Source of the DNA: an uncultured Desulfobacteraceae bacterium
Lineage (GTDB): Bacteria; Desulfobacterota; DSM-4660; Desulfatiglandales; HGW-15
Direction of reading: 5' to 3'
NCBI GenBank assembly: GCA_964484515.1
Contig: CAZAGT010000006.1
Coordinates: 1-40,557, forward strand
Length of the DNA: 40,557 nt
Shown here: positions 34,988 to 40,557 of the stretch, in pieces
Position numbering within the stretch: the stretch's first letter is position 1
Layout: each line of letters opens with the position of its first letter
Notes under the pieces: model-generated
Told to the model about the DNA's origin: nothing
Databases searched by the model: none
The model's input: only the letters and a program-made list of their open reading frames with translations
Program-made: the position numbers and the translations under genes

Positions 34988-35836
34988 TCAGTCTTCGGCC
35001 CGGGCACCTCGTCGGTTGATGGCGTAAGTGCCCAACTTGCCTACAAAGGGCATGATGAGCATCCAGGGAAGGGTGAGCTTTGATGGATCTCGAAACTGGT
35101 TCAGGCCGATGGTCATTTCCTTGTGTCCCAGGCGCGGTTGGGCACGGTAGGTCCCCATGATCCGGTCCCACCAGGAGAGATTGAAGCCGTAGTTCGAGTT
35201 GGTCTCATTCGGGAAGACGGAATGGTGCACACGGTGCATATCCGGGGTCACGACCAGCCCGCGCAGCACCCGGTCAATTCCCAGGGGAATGTAGAAGTTT
35301 CCGTGGTTGAACATGGCCATGCCGTTGAGAATGATCTCGAACAGTACCACCGCAAGCGCCGGTGCTCCGAGCACCACGATGGCACAGAACTTGATGACCA
35401 TGGAGATCACGATCTCAATCGGATGGAAGCGAATGCCCGTGGTCAGATCGTAATCGAGGTCCGTATGATGCATCATGTGGAAGCGCCAAAGGGTGGGAAT
35501 CGCATGGAACATGACGTGCTGAAGATAGACGACAAAATCGAGTAGGATGACTGAAAGGATGACGACCAGCCCATAAGGGAGGTCGAAGGCATTGAACATT
35601 CCCCAGCCCTTCTGGTGCACCCAGAACGCCAGCTGTACGGCCGTTATCGGAATCACGACGCGTACCAGAGCGCTACTGATGAAGACAACACCGAGGTTGC
35701 CGAACCATCGGCTCACCTTTGAGGTGGTCAGTGGCCGACGGGGAACGAGGGTCTCGATCAGGCCCACGAGCAAGAGGATGCCAAAAAAGAAGGCCAACCG
35801 AATGGTCGCCTCATGATCGATAAAGAATCCGCCCAT
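34988..35836 (-). CDS. Fatty-acid hydroxylase / sterol desaturase superfamily membrane protein
   Basis: ORF-track 34988..36004 trimmed to ATG 35836, preceded by GAGAGGAG. It has multiple TM helices and histidine boxes HVMFH, HMMHHTD and HRVHH. Confidence 0.75.
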   Translation of the reverse strand: MGGFFIDHEATIRLAFFFGILLLVGLIETLVPRRPLTTSKVSRWFGNLGVVFISSALVRVVIPITAVQLAFWVHQKGWGMFNAFDLPYGLVVILSVILLDFVVYLQHVMFHAIPTLWRFHMMHHTDLDYDLTTGIRFHPIEIVISMVIKFCAIVVLGAPALAVVLFEIILNGMAMFNHGNFYIPLGIDRVLRGLVVTPDMHRVHHSVFPNETNSNYGFNLSWWDRIMGTYRAQPRLGHKEMTIGLNQFRDPSKLTLPWMLIMPFVGKLGTYAINRRGARAED

Positions 35837-36077
35837 CTTCTCCTCTCTCCTGACGCCAATCAACTTCCCACAGTCCGCCAACCGGAAGCCGCTGTTCCTG
35901 TTGTGTATACGTTTTGACGTCGAAAAAATCAAGCAGGGCTCCATCATTCGGGTCTGATTCAATGAACCGTGTTGATCTCCGCGAGCCAGCCCCAATCGCG
36001 GCAAGCTTGGACTTGGTTTCGCATAACGTGCCTGCAGTCTATTTTAGAACCGGTGTCCCTATCATGGCGGAAGACCC

Positions 36078-36107
36078 CCTTTTTTCCATGAAATCATGGA
36101 AAAAAGG
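36078..36107. promoter_or_regulatory. Perfect 14-2-14 palindrome (operator-like)
   Basis: CCTTTTTTCCATGA-AA-TCATGGAAAAAAGG. A consensus TATAAT hexamer follows at 36110-36115 on the plus strand. It lies between the desaturase start and repeat copy B. Confidence 0.5.
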
Positions 36108-36180
36108 CATATAATGGTGAGGGATTCGGTCTTGAGCCGCCTTTGGGGTAAAGAAGAAAACCCATTTTCAGAAATTGATG

Positions 36181-36504
36181 GAGAGGCTGGTGGAAAACAC
36201 CCATCTGTCCCGATGGAATCGGGATTGCCCTCATCCCTCGTCACTGCGAGGTACACGGAAGGTAAAAGGTAGAAGGTGGAAGGCTGAAGGGGGAAACTGA
36301 CTGCTGTCGCTTGTCTTTGCCTCAAGCCTTGCGCCTTGAGCCGTGTGCCACTCATTTACGCCTCATTCCTCGGGATTTCTTTACCTGCGCTTCGCTCCGG
36401 CCCAGTCCCCACTCCTTCGGGGCGGGTCCCCGGTTTCGGAAGCCTTGCATCTGGGCATTTTCCATCAGCCGCTCTATAGCCGGTTTTTCGACAGTCTCGA
36501 AAGC
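36181..36504 (-). repeat. Copy B (long form, ~324 bp) of the MITE-like repeat family, inverted relative to copy A
   Basis: 36200-36370 is near-identical to the reverse complement of 31346-31513. It carries a 58-nt insertion (36377-34) relative to A. The right part (36426-36504) matches window nt 1-77. Confidence 0.85.
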
Positions 36505-36539
36505 GGGATTCTCTCTGTCAGTCTGTGGAGGTGCTTTTC

Positions 36540-37979
36540 ATGCGCGTTGGCGTTACTCGATTTCGACGTGCATCGATTGTCAATTTTGTGCGTACCTGGC
36601 GCGGGCTCAGAAGCACGGCGCGTCGCGCAATCAAAGGAGAGGTCCATCCTGACCTGCCCAAGGAAGATATCGACTATCTGCATAGAAGAATGCTCGAATG
36701 TGTGGAAGGGAAAGGGGGAGAGGTCAGTGCGCGTGCCCGCTCGGCAGAGTTGGGGCATATCTATCTGCATCTAAACGCTAGAGGAAAGGAGCGCTTTCTC
36801 AAAAAGCTGGGGCGTGACTTTGCCTTGGACCATGGTCGGATGCTGCCGCTGTTGGAGGCTTTCAGCGCCGCCGAAACTCCTCAAGACCGTTTGGAATCGG
36901 AACATCGCCTACGCAACGCTCTGGATTCACCCCGGTTACAGATTCTAAGACAGTTTAACACGTTGGAGGACGGGCTCAAGTTCTTGGTCGACATGCGAGC
37001 GGATCTCCTGGCTCTGAGAAAGAGAGACCTCCATCTAAACGGGCTTGAGAAGGACCTCAAATTCCTGCTGACGTCTCTGTTCGATATCGGTTTGTTGGAT
37101 ATGGAGGAAATAAGCTGGAACTCACCTGCCGCCCTGTTGGAAAAACTGATCGAGTATGAAGCCGTACACGAGATCTCCTCCTGGAGAGACTTGAAAAACC
37201 GTCTTGACTCCGATCGCCGCTGTTTTGCCTTTTTTCACAATAAGATGCCTAATGAACCGCTGATATTTATCGAAGTGGCGCTTGTGAAAGGGATGGCTGA
37301 TAATATTCAGGGCCTCTTGAATGAAGAGACACCTGTGGAGGATCCCGAAGATGCGGACACGGCCATCTTCTATTCCATCACCAGCTCGCAAAAGGGACTC
37401 GCCGGCATCAGCCTGGGTAATTTCCTGATCAAGTGGGTAGTCGCTGAGCTATCCGCAGGGATGAAGAACCTGAAAGTGTTCGCAACACTTTCACCTGTTC
37501 CGGGGTTTCGCAAATGGCTCGATCCGCTCCTCGAAAAGGGGGATACCTCCTTCTTGAAGGCCGGTGAGGTGCTTTCCATCAAACAGTTGGCAGGGGGAGA
37601 GAATGCAGCCAGCTGTTTACTCGATCTCCTGAATAGGCAATGGCATAAGGATAGAAGGACATCTGAAATTCTGGAAAACCCTTTGATGAGACTTATCGCC
37701 CACTACCTCCTGTATGAAAAAAGGGGCGGGGGGGCCAGAGATCCCGTTACGCACTTTCATATCAGTAACGGTGCGCGTCTTGAGCGCATCAATTGGCTGG
37801 GAAACGTCTCCCCCAAGGGCATGCGAGAATCAGCGGGCATCATGGTAAACTATCTGTACGATCGTACGAGTATAGACGAATACCACGAAGCCTATGCTTC
37901 TGAAGGCAAAATACATCTCTCGAAGCAGGTGAAAGATCGCCTCAGAAAGGCCGGTCTTGCAATCAAAGACAACACCTGA
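36540..37979 (+). CDS. Malonyl-CoA decarboxylase (MCD family)
   Basis: ORF-track 36525..37979 (GTG). I prefer ATG 36540, with GGAG 9 nt upstream. MCD-family blocks are present: GGEVSARARSAELG, FYSITSSQKGLAGISLGNFLIK and LSPVPGFRKWL. Confidence 0.7.
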   Translation: MRVGVTRFRRASIVNFVRTWRGLRSTARRAIKGEVHPDLPKEDIDYLHRRMLECVEGKGGEVSARARSAELGHIYLHLNARGKERFLKKLGRDFALDHGRMLPLLEAFSAAETPQDRLESEHRLRNALDSPRLQILRQFNTLEDGLKFLVDMRADLLALRKRDLHLNGLEKDLKFLLTSLFDIGLLDMEEISWNSPAALLEKLIEYEAVHEISSWRDLKNRLDSDRRCFAFFHNKMPNEPLIFIEVALVKGMADNIQGLLNEETPVEDPEDADTAIFYSITSSQKGLAGISLGNFLIKWVVAELSAGMKNLKVFATLSPVPGFRKWLDPLLEKGDTSFLKAGEVLSIKQLAGGENAASCLLDLLNRQWHKDRRTSEILENPLMRLIAHYLLYEKRGGGARDPVTHFHISNGARLERINWLGNVSPKGMRESAGIMVNYLYDRTSIDEYHEAYASEGKIHLSKQVKDRLRKAGLAIKDNT

Positions 37980-38105
37980 TGCTTCCCTTGGCGGAACGCG
38001 ATAATCGTCCTTGAAGCCCGATCGGCGAACAATCAACGGTATACTCACGAACCCGATTTGTTCGGGCGGATGGTCTAACCACCGATACGGTTAAGGAAGG
38101 GTGCC

Positions 38106-40250
38106 ATGCAGCAACCAATCCAGATCAATGCAGAAGATGAGATGCAATTACGCGCGACCCGCACACCGATTCTCAATGAGGGCTCGGCGGAAGAGAAGCG
38201 TGAAGAGATCCGGCAGTACTTCCACAAGACCTATTCCATCGATGAGAGGCTGTACGACACGCTGGCACGGGATGACGTCTTCTACATCCGTGCCGAACCC
38301 TTGAGACATCCCTTGATCTTCTACCTGGGACACACGGCGGTCTTTTACATAAACAAACTGATCATCGCCAAGATCATCGACCGGCGCATCAATCCCCGGT
38401 TTGAAGCCATGTTTGCCGTGGGCGTGGACGAAATGTCGTGGGATGATCTGGATGACTCCCATTACGATTGGCCCACCGTCGCCGAGGTCAAAGCATACCG
38501 GGACCAGGTCCGCGAATTCGTGGACAACATCATTCGGACCATGCCGCTGAACATGCCCATCAACTGGAGCAACCCGTTTTGGGCCATCATGATGGGGATC
38601 GAGCACCAGCGAATCCACCTTGAGACCTCCTCGGTGATCATTCGGCGGGTTCCGATCGACATGGTGCGCCCGCTCGACATCTGGGATATTTGCACGGAAT
38701 CCGCCGATGCTCCCCGGAACGAATTGTTGCCCGTGTCCGGCGGCAAGGTTGTACTCGGAAAGTCAAAGGATCATCCGCTTTACGGCTGGGACAATGAATT
38801 CGGGCACCAGGAAACGGATGTGTGGGATTTTGCGGCCGGCAAGTACCTGATCTCCAATCATGAATACCTTGGATTTGTGGAGGAGAGCGGCTACGAGCAA
38901 CGTGAATTCTGGACCGACGAGGGCTGGAACTGGGTCGGATATTCCCAGGCCAGACACCCGCTTTTCTGGGTCAAGACCGACGACGGGTACCGGTTTCGGA
39001 CCATGGCCCGCATCATGGATATGCCGTGGGACTGGCCGGTGGAAGTCAACTACTTGGAGGCGAAGGCGTTCTGTAATTGGCTTGCCAAAAAAACCGGCAA
39101 GAAACTGCGGCTGCCTACCGAAGCGGAATGGTACCGCCTAAGAGACCTGCACGACATCCCGGATCAACCCTATTGGGAAAAGGCGCCCGGGAACATAAAC
39201 CTGGAATACTGGGCGTCCTCTTGCCCGGTCAACCGATTCCGATTCGGCGAATTTTACGATATCATCGGCAATGTCTGGCAGTGGACCGAAACGCCGATCA
39301 CGGGTTTTGAAGGTTTTGAGGTGCATCCCTACTACGACGATTTTTCGACGCCGACCTTTGATACGCGGCACAACCTGATCAAGGGCGGCTCCTGGCTCTC
39401 GACCGGCAACGAAGCCACCCGCGATTCGCGCTACGCCTTCAGGCGCCATTTCTTCCAGCACGCCGGCTTTCGTTACGTAGAGTCCGAACAACCGGTCGAG
39501 CTGCCCGAGGCGATGTATGAAACAGACGCGGCCGTCTCACAATACTGCGAGGCCCATTACGGTCAGACCTACTTCGGTGTCGAGAACTTTCCGGTCAAGT
39601 GCGTCAGGATCTGCCTTGAATTCATGCAGGACCGACCCCGCAAGCGGGCCCTGGATTTGGGGTGTGCCGTCGGGCGGGCCACGTTTGAGCTTGCCCGCGA
39701 ATTCGACTTTGTCACCGGACTCGATTTTTCAGCCCGTTTCATCCGCATCGCCCACCAAATGCAGTGGAAGGGTATCCTTCATTACCAGCTGGTCGAGGAA
39801 GGGGAGATCGTCTCCTTCCACGAAAAGCGCCTGGCGGATTTTGGGCTGGAACCCTTGAAGGACAAGGTCGAATTCTTCCAGGCCGACGCGGCCAATTTGA
39901 AGCCGCGGTTCAGCAATTACGATCTGATCTATGCCGGTAATCTGCTTGACCGTCTGTACGATCCCGCGAGATTCCTCACCAACATCAAGGATCATCTGAA
40001 TATGGGCGGACTGCTGGTGCTCACATCGCCCTATACATGGCTGGAGGAGTTTACCAAGCGGGAGAATTGGGTGGGCGGTATCAGGAAAGACGGTGAGCCC
40101 TACTTCACCACACAAGGGCTGCAGGAGTCGCTAGGCGACCATTTCAGAATGATCGACCAGCCGCGGGATATCGAATTCGTGATCCGCGAAACACGCCGCA
40201 AATTTCAACATACAATCTCCCAGATGACCATATGGGAACGGATCAAATAA
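38106..40250 (+). CDS. ovoA: 5-histidylcysteine sulfoxide synthase / methyltransferase (ovothiol biosynthesis, OvoA)
   Basis: 714 aa in three parts. The first is a DinB-like iron-binding N-domain (LIFYLGHTAVFY, GIEHQRIHLE). The second is an FGE-sulfatase-like domain (GNVWQWTE, KGGSWLS). The third is a C-terminal class I SAM methyltransferase (ALDLGCAVGRATFELA, LDFS). This is the diagnostic OvoA architecture. Confidence 0.8.
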   Translation: MQQPIQINAEDEMQLRATRTPILNEGSAEEKREEIRQYFHKTYSIDERLYDTLARDDVFYIRAEPLRHPLIFYLGHTAVFYINKLIIAKIIDRRINPRFEAMFAVGVDEMSWDDLDDSHYDWPTVAEVKAYRDQVREFVDNIIRTMPLNMPINWSNPFWAIMMGIEHQRIHLETSSVIIRRVPIDMVRPLDIWDICTESADAPRNELLPVSGGKVVLGKSKDHPLYGWDNEFGHQETDVWDFAAGKYLISNHEYLGFVEESGYEQREFWTDEGWNWVGYSQARHPLFWVKTDDGYRFRTMARIMDMPWDWPVEVNYLEAKAFCNWLAKKTGKKLRLPTEAEWYRLRDLHDIPDQPYWEKAPGNINLEYWASSCPVNRFRFGEFYDIIGNVWQWTETPITGFEGFEVHPYYDDFSTPTFDTRHNLIKGGSWLSTGNEATRDSRYAFRRHFFQHAGFRYVESEQPVELPEAMYETDAAVSQYCEAHYGQTYFGVENFPVKCVRICLEFMQDRPRKRALDLGCAVGRATFELAREFDFVTGLDFSARFIRIAHQMQWKGILHYQLVEEGEIVSFHEKRLADFGLEPLKDKVEFFQADAANLKPRFSNYDLIYAGNLLDRLYDPARFLTNIKDHLNMGGLLVLTSPYTWLEEFTKRENWVGGIRKDGEPYFTTQGLQESLGDHFRMIDQPRDIEFVIRETRRKFQHTISQMTIWERIK

Positions 40251-40311
40251 TTGGGGGTCGCGTCTTTTAATCAGCGTGGAACGATTCCGAACCTCCTCCC
40301 CTATATCCCGG

Positions 40312-40355
40312 CAAATAACAAGAAAAGAAAGGCAGGATTGAAGGATCCTGCCTTT
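40312..40355 (-). terminator. Rho-independent terminator for the partial minus-strand ORF at the window end
   Basis: The minus strand reads AAAGGCAGGAT-CCTTCA-ATCCTGCCTTT followed by CTTTTCTTGTTATTT. Confidence 0.55.
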
Positions 40356-40396
40356 GGGAAAGCTTGGGCACTAAAACGAGCCGGCCATGCTAGTCT

Positions 40397-40557
40397 TCAG
40401 GGAGCTTTTTTGGCGTTAATATAGCCCTCGTCGTCTAGGCCCGAGTATTCAACTCCGTCTTTCATCGTTATGACCACCGCGGCGGTATTGGAGGCGTCAA
40501 TGTTCACCCTACTGTTGCATAAACAACACGTCGAAAAGTCTGGAAAGACAAGAATAA
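40397..40557 (-). CDS. 3' end of an unidentified minus-strand ORF running off the window
   Basis: The frame is open from the window edge to TGA (complement of 40397-40399) and reads ...VNIDASNTAAVVITMKDGVEYSGLDDEGYINAKKAP*. A terminator follows. The product is unknown. Confidence 0.3.
   Translation of the reverse strand, partial: ILVFPDFSTCCLCNSRVNIDASNTAAVVITMKDGVEYSGLDDEGYINAKKAP

Noticed and set aside
36078-36107. The perfect palindrome as a bidirectional Rho-independent terminator
   Set aside because: The stem is AT-rich with a 2-nt loop and lacks a downstream U-tract on either strand. Both flanking genes are transcribed away from it, so nothing needs terminating there.
31262-36504. Composite transposon formed by the two inverted repeat copies
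   Set aside because: Neither copy encodes a transposase, and I could identify no target-site duplication around the 5.2 kb unit. The enclosed genes include core functions (orn). It is kept only as a possible inversion substrate.
36540-40250. MCD and OvoA as a functional two-gene pathway
   Set aside because: Adjacency and shared strand are the only evidence. There is no known biochemical link between malonyl-CoA decarboxylation and ovothiol synthesis. The 126-nt gap allows independent promoters.

Overview
This is a GC-rich bacterial chromosomal window (mid/upper-50s % GC by eye, with visibly AT-richer patches) holding about 35 credible protein genes. All calls come from reading the sequence and ORF track by eye, with no database search, so the taxon cannot be assigned. 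The core genes are housekeeping and envelope functions: a PilZ protein, an orphan ABC solute-binding protein, a SYLF protein, a PAS histidine kinase, XerD, an M24 aminopeptidase, a TPR protein, an RNB exoribonuclease, PurB, adenine deaminase, an acyl-CoA ligase, Orn, a PD40 double-propeller protein, a fatty-acid hydroxylase, malonyl-CoA decarboxylase and OvoA. Five things stand out. (1) A ~7.5 kb integrase island sits in the 3' end of an initiator tRNA-Met gene: intact tRNA at 14209-14285, a 40-bp identical 3' copy at 6717-6756, and identical 22-bp arm-type repeats near both island ends. It carries AT-richer, partly decayed cargo. (2) Three copies of a 260-320 bp TIR-bounded, MITE-like repeat lie at 1-77, 31262-31526 and 36181-36504. 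A 10-bp long-range helix in it keeps pairing through two double substitutions, and an inverted pair brackets a 4.65 kb four-gene segment. (3) A translationally coupled three-gene operon (22102-26049) encodes a YkuD L,D-transpeptidase fold with two NTF2-like repeats, a membrane protein, and an M14 carboxypeptidase with a QxxE (not HxxE) zinc motif. This resembles the Csd6/Csd4 (Pgp2/Pgp1) cell-shape peptidoglycan trimmers. (4) An intergenic cluster of stable hairpins with GNRA/UUCG-type loops (6288-6431) lies next to the island junction. (5) A perfect 14-2-14 palindrome (36078-36107), an orphan start-less VapC remnant and several operator-like repeats are also present. I saw no CRISPR array, cas genes, rRNA, reverse transcriptase or recognisable defence operon.
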